NCBI GenBank assembly: GCA_963774865.1
Contig: CAVZGU010000013.1
Location: 11,894 to 75,893 of the forward strand
Direction: 5' to 3'
Origin: an uncultured Gammaproteobacteria bacterium
GTDB taxonomy: Bacteria > Pseudomonadota > Gammaproteobacteria > Steroidobacterales > Steroidobacteraceae
DNA: 64,000 nt
The notes beneath the pieces were generated by a model. It was not told the DNA's origin and made no database searches. It saw nothing but the letters and a program-made list of their open reading frames with translations. Position numbers and translations under genes: made by a program. This document shows positions 30,994 to 41,457 of this stretch, piece after piece (within the stretch, counting starts at the first letter, position 1; each line of letters begins with the position of its first letter).

Positions 30994-32570
30994 ATGGGTG
31001 AAGTCGAATCCAAGGTCGCGCGCGGCGGCGCGCGCGCCGCACGGCGGGCGGCCCGCTCGGCCCCGTTGCCCGACAGCTTGCGCCCGGTGCGCCCGGGAAT
31101 GCCCGGCGGCCGCTACAAGCCGCTCTCCGATGCCGACGTGCTGCGCATCCATCACGCTGCGCTCGACGTGCTCGAGAACATCGGCCTCGCGGATGCGACG
31201 CCCGGCGGCATCGAATACATGACCCGGGCGGGCGCCAAGCTGACGCCCGAAGGCCGGCTGATTTTCCCGCGCGCGCTGGTCGAGGACACGGTGGCGCGGG
31301 CGGCGCGGCATTTCGTGCTCTACGGACAGGAGCCGAAGCACGATCTGGAGCCCTGGGGTTCGAACGTGTATTTCGGCACCGCCGGGGCCGCGGTGCACAT
31401 CGTCAATGCCATGACCGGCGAATATCGCGACTCGACCACCAAGGATCTCTACGACATCGCGCGCGTGGTCGACACGCTCGAGCATCTGCACTTCTTTCAG
31501 CGCTCGGTGGTGTGCCGCGAGGTCGCGACGCCGCTCGAGATGGACATCAACACTGCTATGCCAGCGTGGCCGGCACCACCAAGCACGTGGGCACGAGCTG
31601 GGTGCAGCCGCAGCACGTCGAGGCAAGCCTGGAGATGTTCCATTTGATCGCCGGCGGCGAGGAACAGTGGCGCGCGCGGCCGTTCGTCAGCCAATCGAAC
31701 TGCTTCGTGGTGCCGCCGCTCAAATTCGCCTATGACGCGTGCCTGTGCCTGGAGACGGCGGTGCGCGGCGGGATGCCGGTGCTGCTGCTGTCGGCAGGCC
31801 AGGCGGGCGCCACGGCGCCCGCCGCGCTCGCCTCCGCGCTGGTTCAGGAAATAGCCGAGTGCCTCGCGGGGCTGGTCTACGTCAATGCCGTCAAGCGGGG
31901 TGCGCCGGCGATTTTCGGCACCTGGTGCTTCGTCTCGGACCTGCGCACCGGCGCGATGTCGGGCGGCAGTCCGGAGCAGGCGCTGTTGTCCGCCGCGAGC
32001 GCACAGCTGTCGAGGTACTACGACTTGACCGGCGGAACGGCCTCCGGCATGTGCGATGCCAAGCTCCCGGACATGCAGGCGGGCTACGAGAAGGCCTACA
32101 ACCATGCGCTCGTCGGCAACGCGGGCGCGAACCTGATCTACGAGTCGGCCGGGATGCTCGCGAGCCTGCTCGGCTTCTCGCTGGAGAGCCTGATCATCGA
32201 CAACGACGTGATCGGCGCCGTGCAGCGCACGATCAAGGGCATCGAGGTCAGCGACGAGTCGCTGTCGCTCGAGACCATCCGCAAGGTGTGCCTGGAAGGG
32301 CCGGGCCACTATCTCGGCTCGGATCAGACGCTGCAGCTGATGCAGCGGGAGTACATCTATCCCAGCGTCGGCGATCGCACCAGCCCGAATGAATGGGTCG
32401 AGGAGGGCCGCCCGTCGGTGATCGAGCGCGCGGCGCGCAAGCTGCAGGCGATTCTCTCGAACCACTACCCGAGTCATATTCCGGATTCGGTCGATGCGGC
32501 GATCCGCGAGCGCCTGCCGATCCGGCTGGCGCGCGAGGCGATGCGCCCACAGAGAGGCGCGGCGGCTTAG
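30994..32570 (+). pseudogene. MttB-superfamily methyltransferase, copy 3, single frame change at ~31553
   Basis: ATG at 30994 gives MGEVESK...YKPLSDADVLRIHHAALDVLENIGLADA...PLEMDINT. It then continues in the frame of ORF 31512..32570 (CYASVAGTTKHVG...GPGHYLGSDQTLQLMQREYIYPS). One extra base at aacac-tgc would restore DINTCYASVAG. Confidence 0.85.
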
Positions 32571-32729
32571 GCATTCGCCTCCATCAGGCGAGTCGCGTGA
32601 AGCCGATTGCAATTGAATGCAATAGCCATCTTCTCTTCACTGGATGTGCTCCGTGATGGCAGTGGCGATATAGTGGCTCCATCCATCCGGCAAGTCACGC
32701 CGGACGGCCGCTGTGCGAGGAGTCGGGCC

Positions 32730-33461
32730 ATGCCTTATGAGCTCTATTACTGGCCGACGATCCAGGGTCGCGGCGAGTTCTTGCGATTGGCGTTGGAGGC
32801 GGCGGGGGCCCGCTATCGGGACGTGGCGCGTGAAGGCGGCAAGGGCGCAGGGGTCGCCGCACTGCTGCGGCTCATGAATGACCGCAATGCGGCGAGGCCG
32901 CCGTTTGCGCCGCCGTTCTTGAAATCCGGGCGGCTGGTCATCGGCCAGACGGCGAATATCCTGCGGTTCCTCGGGCCCCGCCACGGCCTCGTGCCCAAGG
33001 ACGAGGCCGGCCGCATCTGGACGCACCAGCTGCAGCTCACCATGGCGGATTTTCTGGTGGAAATACACGACACGCATCACCCGGTGTCGGGCAATCTGTA
33101 TTTCGAGGAACAGAAGAAAGAGGCGCGCCGCCGCACCGCGGATTTTTTGAAGACTCGGGCGCCGAAGTTCCTCGGCTATTTCGAGCGCGTGCTGACGCGC
33201 AATCCGCGGGGAGATCGCTACCTGGTCGGCGCGGCGCTGAGCTATGCGGACCTGTCGATGTTTCAGATCATCTCGGGCTTGAGCTACGCGTTCCCGCGCG
33301 CGATGGCGAAGACGCCGCGCGCCTACCCGCGGCTGTTCGCGCTGCACGCACGAGTGCAGGAGCGGCCGCGGATCAGCGCGTATCTCGGCTCCCCGCGGCG
33401 CGTCCCGTTCAGCAACCAAGGGATCTTCCGGCACTATGCCGAGCTCGATGGGCCGTCATGA
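32730..33461 (+). CDS. Glutathione S-transferase family protein
   Basis: ATG at 32730 gives MPYELYYWPTIQGRGEFLRLALEAAGARYRDV. The C-terminal alpha domain has YLVGAALSYADLSMFQ. Confidence 0.7.
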   Translation: MPYELYYWPTIQGRGEFLRLALEAAGARYRDVAREGGKGAGVAALLRLMNDRNAARPPFAPPFLKSGRLVIGQTANILRFLGPRHGLVPKDEAGRIWTHQLQLTMADFLVEIHDTHHPVSGNLYFEEQKKEARRRTADFLKTRAPKFLGYFERVLTRNPRGDRYLVGAALSYADLSMFQIISGLSYAFPRAMAKTPRAYPRLFALHARVQERPRISAYLGSPRRVPFSNQGIFRHYAELDGPS

Positions 33462-34888
33462 CGGCTGCGCCGGAGTATCCCGACGGCTTTCTCGCCGCGC
33501 TCACGGCGATCGTCGGCGAGCCGGGACGGCGCCTCGGCGAGCAGATGAGCGCGGTCGATCCCGGCATGCATGCCAACAATTTGCGCGCCACCTTGATGGC
33601 GCGGCCGGCGAATACCGCGCAGGTCGCGGCAGTGCTCGCGCTGTGCGCGCAAACAGGCGTCGGAGTCGTGCCGCAAGGCGGCCGCACGGGGCTTTCCGGC
33701 GGTGCGTGGACGCAGCCCGGCGAGCTCATCCTGTCGCTCGACCGGATGAATCGCATCGAGAGCGTGGACGCGGCGTCGCGCACGGCGACCGTCGAAGCCG
33801 GCGTCACGCTGGCGCGGCTGGAGGAGGCGCTGGCGCCGCATGCACTCGCGGCGGGCATCGATCTCGGCGCGCGCGGCAGCGCCACGATCGGCGGCATGGT
33901 GTCGACCAACGCGGGCGGCATCGAGGCGTTCCGCTACGGCACCATGCGCGAGCGCGTGCTGGGGCTGGAAGTCGCGCTCACCTCCGGCGAGGTGCTGCGC
34001 GAGCTCAGTCGGATCCGTAAAGACAACGCGGGTCTCGCGCTTCGGCAGCTGTTCATCGGCTCTGAGGGCACGCTCGGGGTCATCACGCGCATCGTGCTGA
34101 ATCTGGTGCCGATGTCCGGTGCGCGACACACTGCACTCGCATTGCTGCCCGACCTGGACGCGGCGATCACGCTCATGCGCGCGGTGGAGGCCGAGGCCGG
34201 GGTCTCGCTCGCCGCGGCGGAGCTCATGTCCGGCAACCACATCGCACTCAGCGCCGAATCCTTGAATATCGCGCCGCTCGCGCGCATGCCGCCGGCGGCC
34301 TTCGGTCTGCTGATCGCGGTCACCGGCGCGAGCAGCGCGGCGGCGCAGGCGGCGCTGGAGGCAGTCCTGGCGCACGCGGCGGATGCGGGCCTCATCGTCG
34401 ATGCCATGCTGCCGAAGAATGCCGCCGAGGAGCGCGACCTGTGGCGCGTGCGCGAGGACTGGGCGGTCGACCGCAGGTATCCGGGGGGCCTGTGGTACGA
34501 CGTGTCCGTGCCTATCGACGGGCTGGCGAAGTATCTCGCCGATGTCGAGTCGCGACTGTCGCTCCACGACGCAGCCCTGCGCATCTACATCGTCGGGCAT
34601 CTCGCGGACGGCAACGTGCACTTCACCATCAACGCCGCGGCGCCGATCACCGAGCGCTACGCCGAGATCGCACCGTTGATCTACCAGGGGCTGCGGGAGC
34701 TCGGCGGCAGCTTCTCCGCCGAGCACGGCATCGGTCTCGAGAAGCGCGCCTCGCTCGAGTGCTTGGCGGGCGGCACGCGCCTGCGGCTGATGCTGGCGGT
34801 CAAAGCCCTGTTCGATCCGAACGGCGTGATGAACCCGGGCAAGGTGTTGAAGCGCGGCGCGGCCCGGCGCCTCAAGCTGGAGCGCTGA
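33458..34888 (+). CDS. FAD-linked oxidase (GlcD / D-2-hydroxyacid dehydrogenase-like)
   Basis: Intact 476-aa ORF whose ATG overlaps the GST stop. VVPQGGRTGLSGGA, GGMVSTNAGGIEAFRYGTMRERVLGLEVAL, and the C-terminal GGSFSAEHGIGLEKR. Confidence 0.8.
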   Translation: MTAAPEYPDGFLAALTAIVGEPGRRLGEQMSAVDPGMHANNLRATLMARPANTAQVAAVLALCAQTGVGVVPQGGRTGLSGGAWTQPGELILSLDRMNRIESVDAASRTATVEAGVTLARLEEALAPHALAAGIDLGARGSATIGGMVSTNAGGIEAFRYGTMRERVLGLEVALTSGEVLRELSRIRKDNAGLALRQLFIGSEGTLGVITRIVLNLVPMSGARHTALALLPDLDAAITLMRAVEAEAGVSLAAAELMSGNHIALSAESLNIAPLARMPPAAFGLLIAVTGASSAAAQAALEAVLAHAADAGLIVDAMLPKNAAEERDLWRVREDWAVDRRYPGGLWYDVSVPIDGLAKYLADVESRLSLHDAALRIYIVGHLADGNVHFTINAAAPITERYAEIAPLIYQGLRELGGSFSAEHGIGLEKRASLECLAGGTRLRLMLAVKALFDPNGVMNPGKVLKRGAARRLKLER

Positions 34889-36464
34889 TCAGGTCGGCGA
34901 GCCTCTCCGCGATCATGATGGTGGGCGCATTGGTGTTGCCCCCGATCAGCCGCGGCATGACCGATGCGTCGGCGATGCGCAGTCCTTCCACCCCGCGCAC
35001 CCGCAGCCGGCAATCGACGACGGCGGACGAGTCGCCTCCCATGCGGCACGTTCCCACCGGGTGATAAATCGTCTCCGCCTTGCGCCTGAGCACGTCCTTG
35101 AGACCAGTCCGCGTCGTGACCGTCTCGCCCGGAAAGATCTCTGCGCCGCGAAACGGCGAGAATGCGGGCGCACGCAGAATTTCGCGCGACCAGCGCATGC
35201 CTTCCAGCATGACCTCAAGGTCGTTCGGATCCGTCAGGTAGGAGGCGAAGATGCGCGGCGGATCGTCCGGCCGTGCGGATCTGAGCGAGAGGTGCCCGCG
35301 GCTCGAAGGGCGCAGCGCGCAGGCGTGCACCGTGTAGCCGTGCCCGCTCAACCGATTGCGCCCATGGTCGTCGAGCTGCGCCGGCACGAAATGGAATTGA
35401 ATGTCGGGACGCAGGTCCGGCGCCAGATGGCTGCGCACGAAGCCTCCCGCTTCGGCAATGTTGCTGACCCCGGGACCCGAACGCGTCAGCAGGTAGCGCA
35501 CCGCGACGGCCAGCTCCTGATATGCGTTGAAATCGTAGGTGATTTTTTGCGTGCACTTGCTCAAGGTGCAAAAATCCAGATGATCCTGCAGATTGCGCCC
35601 CACCTGGAGGCTTTCGGCCACCATCGGGATGCCGAGCGCGCGAAGCTCCTCCGGCGGTCCCACGCCCGAGAGCATGAGCAGCTGCGGCGAGCCGATCGTG
35701 CCGGCCGTCAGAATCACCTCGCTCTGCGCGGGCGCGCGCTGCAGAGCGCTGCCGGACCGGTATTCGACTCCCACGGCGCGCCGGCCTTCGAACAGCACGC
35801 GCGTCGATAGGCAGCGGGTCAGGACCTCGAGATTGGCGCGCTGTGCTGCCGGCCGCAGATACGCGACGGCCGCGCTGCAGCGCCGGCCGCCTCGCTGGGT
35901 GACCTGGTAGAAGCCGGCGCCGTCCTGCACGTCGCCGTTGAAGTCCGGGTTGCGGCGCAGTCCGCACTGTACGGCGGCTTCGACGAACGTCGCGCTCAAC
36001 GGATTGCGGAATCTCAGGTCTTCGACCGAGAGCGGTCCGCCGACGCCGTGATGCTCGCTCGGGCCGCGAGCCTGGTCTTCGGCCCTGCGAAAATACGGGA
36101 GCACGCTCGCGTACTCCCAGCCCTCGGCACCCAGCGCCGCCCATTCGTCATAGTCGAGGCGGTGGCCGCGCGTGTAGCACATGGCGTTGATCGAGCTCGA
36201 GCCGCCGAGCACGCGGCCGCGCGGCCAGTACAGCCTTCGGCCATTGAGTCCGGGTTCGGGCTCCGTGTGGTAGCGCCAGTCGATGCGAGCGTCGTCGACC
36301 AGGCGGGCAAGGCCCGCCGGCATGTGGATGAAGGGACTGGAATCCGCGCCGCCGGCCTCCAGCAGCAGGACTCGGCAGGCGGAATTCGCCGAGAGCCGAT
36401 TGGCGAGCGCACAGCCGGCCGAGCCGGCGCCCACGATGATGTAATCGTACGCTCGGCTGCTCAT
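34872..36464 (-). CDS. GMC-family FAD oxidoreductase, choline-dehydrogenase-like
   Basis: Intact 530-aa ORF. YDYIIVGAGSAGCALANRLS, GGSSSINAMCYTRG, and the C-terminal IYHPVGTCRMG...ADASVMP. Confidence 0.85.
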   Translation of the reverse strand: MSSRAYDYIIVGAGSAGCALANRLSANSACRVLLLEAGGADSSPFIHMPAGLARLVDDARIDWRYHTEPEPGLNGRRLYWPRGRVLGGSSSINAMCYTRGHRLDYDEWAALGAEGWEYASVLPYFRRAEDQARGPSEHHGVGGPLSVEDLRFRNPLSATFVEAAVQCGLRRNPDFNGDVQDGAGFYQVTQRGGRRCSAAVAYLRPAAQRANLEVLTRCLSTRVLFEGRRAVGVEYRSGSALQRAPAQSEVILTAGTIGSPQLLMLSGVGPPEELRALGIPMVAESLQVGRNLQDHLDFCTLSKCTQKITYDFNAYQELAVAVRYLLTRSGPGVSNIAEAGGFVRSHLAPDLRPDIQFHFVPAQLDDHGRNRLSGHGYTVHACALRPSSRGHLSLRSARPDDPPRIFASYLTDPNDLEVMLEGMRWSREILRAPAFSPFRGAEIFPGETVTTRTGLKDVLRRKAETIYHPVGTCRMGGDSSAVVDCRLRVRGVEGLRIADASVMPRLIGGNTNAPTIMIAERLADLISAPA

Positions 36465-36472
36465 GCGCTTTG

Positions 36473-37171
36473 CTACCGGACGCCCGCGCGCGGGAGCTCA
36501 ATGGGGTCGAGCATCGCCTGCATGAAGCGCGATTCGCGCTCGCGGATGGCGCTCAGCAGACCTTGAGCGCCTTGCATCCGGCGAAAAGCGGTGTACCCGC
36601 GCTCGAGGAAGTCCTGCAGGTCGCCGAATCCCGCCGCATGGGCCGGCAGGTGCGCCGCGTGCAGCAGCGCCCCGAGCCATGCCCGGCTCACGATACGATC
36701 GAGATCCCCGCCGATGCCCACGATGAGATCGATCTGCCGAATGCGCGCGGCCCGATCGCCCACCGCGCGATACGCGGCCGCATAGAGGGCGTCGGTCACC
36801 TGCACCGCGCCGAGCGCGCGGACCATGGCATGGTCGAGCTCGAGCGTGAGCACCTCGAGTTCGACGGAGTGTCCGAGCACGTTCATCGCGGCGGAGGGCA
36901 GCGCCCGCCTCAGCCGCCGCCACGCGCGCCGCAGATCCTGATTGCGGTCGGTGAACTCCTGTGGTCCATACAGATCGGTCAGGAAGAACTCCACGGCCAG
37001 CGAATAACGCGGAACGGCGCGAAAATCCTGGTAGGTTCTCGCCAGACGGGCGCTCTGCCAGGCGCGCAGCTCGCGCAGGGTAGCGATGAAATCGGTCGCT
37101 TGGCATTGCGGCGATTCGAGCAGTCGACTCCGGGCGAGCAGCTCGTCGAAGCTGTCCGTGGCGGCCTTCAC
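36473..37171 (-). CDS. Hypothetical all-alpha protein, third gene of the phasin-patatin operon
   Basis: An open frame with good GC3 coding character downstream of the patatin gene. The start is set at GTG 37171 to avoid overlapping patatin. No recognisable motif. Confidence 0.45.
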   Translation of the reverse strand: MKAATDSFDELLARSRLLESPQCQATDFIATLRELRAWQSARLARTYQDFRAVPRYSLAVEFFLTDLYGPQEFTDRNQDLRRAWRRLRRALPSAAMNVLGHSVELEVLTLELDHAMVRALGAVQVTDALYAAAYRAVGDRAARIRQIDLIVGIGGDLDRIVSRAWLGALLHAAHLPAHAAGFGDLQDFLERGYTAFRRMQGAQGLLSAIRERESRFMQAMLDPIELPRAGVR

Positions 37172-37214
37172 GTTGAAGATTCCTGCGACAACGATTGCGC
37201 GGCCATGATTCGGG

Positions 37215-38441
37215 TCAGCCTGCGGTGCCGGGCGCTTGCAGCATGTGCTCGAGCCGCTCCAAGGCCTGGTCCAGGCGGCGTGCGGTGTGCCGCAAACGGG
37301 GCGGTCTGCCCGACTTGGTCGGCAGCGAGCGGTTCGGATCGCGCAGAACCCGCACATTGAGCCGCAGGCCCCGCCGCTCGAGCAGCGGCGCGAGCAGCGG
37401 GGCTTGCGCGAGCAGGTCGCGGCGGGTGCGCCGGTAGGCGTGGTCAGCGAGGCTCAGGCGCTCTCTGTAGCGAAACACATTGGCAAAGAACAGCCGCTTG
37501 TCGTGGCGGTCGGGCTCGAGCAGCAGCGTGTCGGCGGTCGGGAAGCGAGCGCCGTAGGTGGCCATCCCGACCTTCATGCGCGAATAGATGAGCGCCCGGA
37601 ACGTCTGCCCGAGGATCGCCGGTAATCCTTCCTCCACCAGGTTGATCGGCGGCTGAGTCTGCGGCTGTGAGGCGTCGAAGGGGACGATGGGATTGATGCA
37701 GATCACGAAATTGCAGTGCTCCTGCAGCGCGAGCGAAGCATGCATCGTGCGGATCAGCGCGCCGTCGACGAAGTGCTCGCCGTCGATCTCGACCGCGGGA
37801 TACAGCCCGGGGAGCGCACTGCTCGCGAGCAGCGCGCGGGAGATCGGCACGTGCCGGCGCCCCGTGCCGCCGAAGGACACCGACGCGCCGGTGTTCAAGT
37901 TCGTCGCCACGACGTACAGTCGCGCCCGCAAGCGGCGAAAGTCGTCCGTATGGCCCTCAGAATTGAACAGCAGCCGCAAATAATCCTGCAGCGGTCCGTT
38001 GTCGAACAGCGCCGTGGGCAGCAGGCGTCCCAATTTTCCGATTCCCGTCCCCCACGCGCCGTTGCCGGGGTCGCGCGCGTAGCGCTGCACGATCTGCGCC
38101 AGCACCTTGGGCAGGCGCATCAGGCCGCGCGCATATTCGGCGAACGCCGGGCGCATCAGGATGGCGGGCGAGAATGGAAACAGCACCGACTCATCGTACA
38201 AGAACATTCCGCACATGGCGGCGGTGTCGAATCCGCTGGCGAGCGCCGCAGCAATGAGGGAGCCGGAGCTGACGCCCACATAGACGTCGAAATCCGTCAG
38301 CTCGCGGCCCTCGATGGCCTCGCTCAATGCATGCAGCGCACCGAGCTCGTAGAAGAAGCCCAGAGGCCCTCCACCCGCCAAGGCGATCGCCAGCTTGGCG
38401 CGGCCCGCCCGGCGGTGCAGGGCGGGTTCGATGGTCAACAT
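37215..38441 (-). CDS. Patatin-like phospholipase/lipase
   Basis: Intact 408-aa ORF. Oxyanion GGGPLGFF, nucleophile elbow GVSSG (GxSxG), catalytic Asp in FVDGAL. Confidence 0.85.
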   Translation of the reverse strand: MLTIEPALHRRAGRAKLAIALAGGGPLGFFYELGALHALSEAIEGRELTDFDVYVGVSSGSLIAAALASGFDTAAMCGMFLYDESVLFPFSPAILMRPAFAEYARGLMRLPKVLAQIVQRYARDPGNGAWGTGIGKLGRLLPTALFDNGPLQDYLRLLFNSEGHTDDFRRLRARLYVVATNLNTGASVSFGGTGRRHVPISRALLASSALPGLYPAVEIDGEHFVDGALIRTMHASLALQEHCNFVICINPIVPFDASQPQTQPPINLVEEGLPAILGQTFRALIYSRMKVGMATYGARFPTADTLLLEPDRHDKRLFFANVFRYRERLSLADHAYRRTRRDLLAQAPLLAPLLERRGLRLNVRVLRDPNRSLPTKSGRPPRLRHTARRLDQALERLEHMLQAPGTAG

Positions 38442-38447
38442 CGGCCG

Positions 38448-38963
38448 CTAGGGCGTCGGCGAATGCGCAGATCCGTTCTTGCGCGCCGTGCGCATCCGCG
38501 CCACCGGCTTGCGCGCGCGCGCGAGCTTGTCGATATGGGCATTGAGCGCATCGACCCGCTTGCTGAGCGATTGCACTTCACCCGCGCTCGGCACGCCGAG
38601 CTGCGTCAGCGCACTGTTCACACGGGCGCGAAAGATTTTCTCGAGATTCTCGAACGCGTCGGTCGCATCGCCGCGAACCTTGCTCATGCGCGCATTGAGC
38701 GTCTCCTGCATGCCGGTGATGGCGCCGCGCAAGGCCTTTTCCGCCGCTGCCTGGGTGTCCGCCTGAACGCGCGCGCCCTCGGCAATCAATTCCTCCATCA
38801 GCTTCGGCGCCCCTTGCTGAGCTCGCGATGCCGCGCCGAGACCCGCCAACCACACCTGGTGCAGCATGGTGAGCAGTTGTGCCTGCGTGTTCGCTGCGCC
38901 GCCGCGAGCGCCGCGGCGCGCGACTGCGCGTGCGCGCTTCGATGAAGTTTTTTTCGTGGCCAT
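38448..38963 (-). CDS. Phasin-family (PHA/lipid-granule-associated) protein
   Basis: ATG at 38963 gives MATKKTSSKRARAV...QLLTMLHQVWLAGLGAASRAQQGAPKLMEELIAEG...VPSAGEVQSLSKRVDALNAHIDKL. This is typical of the PhaF/TIGR01837-type phasins as I remember them. Confidence 0.7.
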   Translation of the reverse strand: MATKKTSSKRARAVARRGARGGAANTQAQLLTMLHQVWLAGLGAASRAQQGAPKLMEELIAEGARVQADTQAAAEKALRGAITGMQETLNARMSKVRGDATDAFENLEKIFRARVNSALTQLGVPSAGEVQSLSKRVDALNAHIDKLARARKPVARMRTARKNGSAHSPTP

Positions 38964-39095
38964 GTTCTTCTCCAATTGCGCGGCCGATGCCGCATATGAG
39001 TAGTTGCCCTTAATGGGTTTTCCGATCGACGCGGCTAATATAGATGCGAAGAGAGGCATTCGGCGATTCGTAGTTCCCGCAGTAGGAGTGTACAA

Positions 39096-39950
39096 ATGCG
39101 TGCCGCCACGACCAGAAGCTCCCCCAAAAATCCTTTCGCGAAGTGCTTTGCCGGCAGCGGCCTCGAGGATCGCTGGGCGGCGCTGCACAAGGGCGATCGC
39201 GAGCCCTTCCCGAGCGCGGCGCGGGTGGCGGCTCTGGCGAAGAAGAACCGTGCGTTCGGCGAGTGGGCCGACGGCCACGGGGGCGCCAAGGACATCGCCG
39301 CGGGCTTGCAGGAGGCATGGAGGCGGTTTCATACCGGCGATTTCACCGGCGCGATCGCGGCGGGCAGCAAGCTCGGGGCATTGGGCGCCTCGGCCGCCAA
39401 CAAGGCCGCCGGGATTTATTCGCTGCAGGCTGCGGGGGAGGAGCCCGACCGCCTGCTGCAGGCGGCCATCGCACGCGGCGAGGCGGCCGTCCAGGCGCTG
39501 CCCGACGACGCCAATGCGCATTACATGCTGGCACTGGTTCTGGGCCGATACAGTCAGCGGATCTCGATCTTGAAGGCTCTCGCGAACGGCATGGCGACCC
39601 GGGTGCACAGTCACCTCGAGACGGCGCTGAAACTCGAGCCGAAACATGCCGATGCCCACATTGCACTGGGTCTGTATCACGCGGAAATCGTCGCCAAGAT
39701 GGGCTCGCTGCTCGCGGGCGTTACCTATCAGGCATCGGGCGATGCGGCCCTGGAACACTTTCGGCGCGCGCTCAAGCTGGCCCCGGCATCGCCGATTGCG
39801 AAGATCGAATACGCGAACGGTCTTCTGCTGCTCGATGCAAGGAGGCACCGCGAACAGGCGGATGAGCTGTACACAGCCGCGGCCGCCTGCGATCCGGCCG
39901 ATGCGATGGAGCAGCTCGACGTCGAGCGCGCGCGGCGCTACCTGCAGTGA
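39096..39950 (+). CDS. Hypothetical helical-repeat (TPR-like) protein
   Basis: Intact 284-aa ORF. Repeated Ala-rich helical pairs (ANAHYMLALVLGRY, ADAHIALGLYHAEI, ALEHFRRALKLAP). Confidence 0.5.
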   Translation: MRAATTRSSPKNPFAKCFAGSGLEDRWAALHKGDREPFPSAARVAALAKKNRAFGEWADGHGGAKDIAAGLQEAWRRFHTGDFTGAIAAGSKLGALGASAANKAAGIYSLQAAGEEPDRLLQAAIARGEAAVQALPDDANAHYMLALVLGRYSQRISILKALANGMATRVHSHLETALKLEPKHADAHIALGLYHAEIVAKMGSLLAGVTYQASGDAALEHFRRALKLAPASPIAKIEYANGLLLLDARRHREQADELYTAAAACDPADAMEQLDVERARRYLQ

Positions 39951-39983
39951 CCGGCCGTGCGGGAAGCCGCGCTGCGGCAGCCT

Positions 39984-41369
39984 TCAGTGGCCCAGCGAGC
40001 TGCCGCCGAGCAGCACCAGGAGGACCAGCCGGTCGAATTCCTGTTGGATGATCGATACGAGCTCGGTCGGCTCCGGGATCAAGCGCCGATCCGCGATCAC
40101 TCCGAGCTGCACTTCGTCGCGGTAGGTGAACATGCTCACGCCCGTGCCGATGCTGCCGGATTGCGGCACCCAGAACAGCAGCTGCGTGATCGGCGCGCCG
40201 CCCAGATGCAGTGCGCTGGCCGGTCCGCGAAGATTCGAGGCGACCAAACTCGCCTTGGCGCTGAAAAATGCGATCGCCGGATCCTCCACCGCGGCGGGCA
40301 ATGCGCCGATCGCGGCCAGCAGCCCGAACGTGACCAGGGCTTCCGGCGAGCCCTTCAGCGCCTGCATGCTGGAGTGGACCGCATACAGCCTTTCAAGAGG
40401 ATGCCGGATGCCGATCGGCAATTCGGCGAACGCGAGACCGAAGCGGTTTCCCATTTCGAAAGATGCTCCGTCGGAACGCAGATTGACGGGAACCGCGGCG
40501 CGGATCGTCACGCCGGCGGTGGCTTCCCCCTGAGCGTCCAGATAGCGGCCGAGGGCGCCGGCGAGCGTGGCGATCAAAACGTCGTTGATCGTGCAGCCGA
40601 GCACGCGGCCGACGGTTCGAACCTCTTCGAGCGCCAGCGGTTCGCCCCACGCGACACGCTTGACGCCGCTGAGCGGCCGCTTCAACCGGGTCGCCGGGTC
40701 GTCCGCCATGCCGACGCCGAGACGCGCGAGCTCACCGGCAAGACCGAGCGCTTCGCGCGATGCCGCCGCGGCCTCGAGCGGATGCAGCGTGAAGTGCAGG
40801 CCCTTCTCCAGCAGATCGGAATACTTGCTGAACGCCTGGGCGAGCATTCCCGGAATGGTCGGTGCCGGGCCGCCGCCCGCATCGGGCGCGGCGGCTGCAA
40901 ATGTTCCCGGCATGTCTTCGTCAGCCAGACTGGCGAGCACGTGCATCAGCGCTATGCCGTCCGCGTAGCAATGATGAATGCGCACGATCAATGCGCTGCC
41001 GCCCTGGTAGCGCTCGATGAGGTGGAATGTCCACAGCGGCCGACCGGTGTTGAACGGCGCGCTCGCAAGCTCGCCCGCCAAGGCCTCCAGCTGCACCTTG
41101 CCGGCCGGCGCCGGCAGGGCGACCCGCAGCACATGGTCGTCGAGGTCGAAGGCTTGGGCGCGCACCCACTGTCCGCTGAGCGTGTCCATGACCGGCACAC
41201 AGCGGAAGCGCTCGAACTGGAGGAACCGCTCGCTCACGATCTCGCGCAGCGCAGCGCGGCGCAGCGGCCGGCTCGTGATCAGCAAGCCCATCACGACCAT
41301 GGGATTGGTCGGCCGCTCCATACGCAGCCAGGCCCGGTCCACCGCAGTCATGCTCTCGCCCATGGTCAT
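39984..41369 (-). CDS. Wax ester synthase / diacylglycerol acyltransferase (WS/DGAT)
   Basis: The start at 41369 (MTMGESMTAVDRAWLRMERPTNPMVV) fits the family N-terminus. Catalytic motif HHCYADG. The ORF-track N-terminal extension is rejected. Confidence 0.85.
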   Translation of the reverse strand: MTMGESMTAVDRAWLRMERPTNPMVVMGLLITSRPLRRAALREIVSERFLQFERFRCVPVMDTLSGQWVRAQAFDLDDHVLRVALPAPAGKVQLEALAGELASAPFNTGRPLWTFHLIERYQGGSALIVRIHHCYADGIALMHVLASLADEDMPGTFAAAAPDAGGGPAPTIPGMLAQAFSKYSDLLEKGLHFTLHPLEAAAASREALGLAGELARLGVGMADDPATRLKRPLSGVKRVAWGEPLALEEVRTVGRVLGCTINDVLIATLAGALGRYLDAQGEATAGVTIRAAVPVNLRSDGASFEMGNRFGLAFAELPIGIRHPLERLYAVHSSMQALKGSPEALVTFGLLAAIGALPAAVEDPAIAFFSAKASLVASNLRGPASALHLGGAPITQLLFWVPQSGSIGTGVSMFTYRDEVQLGVIADRRLIPEPTELVSIIQQEFDRLVLLVLLGGSSLGH

Positions 41370-41457
41370 GAGGCGTACTGTGGCCCTTTTCGCGCGCTTT
41401 TGGACCCCTCGGGTTACCACGATATGGACCGTGGCATTTACGGTGTAGGGTCGCACC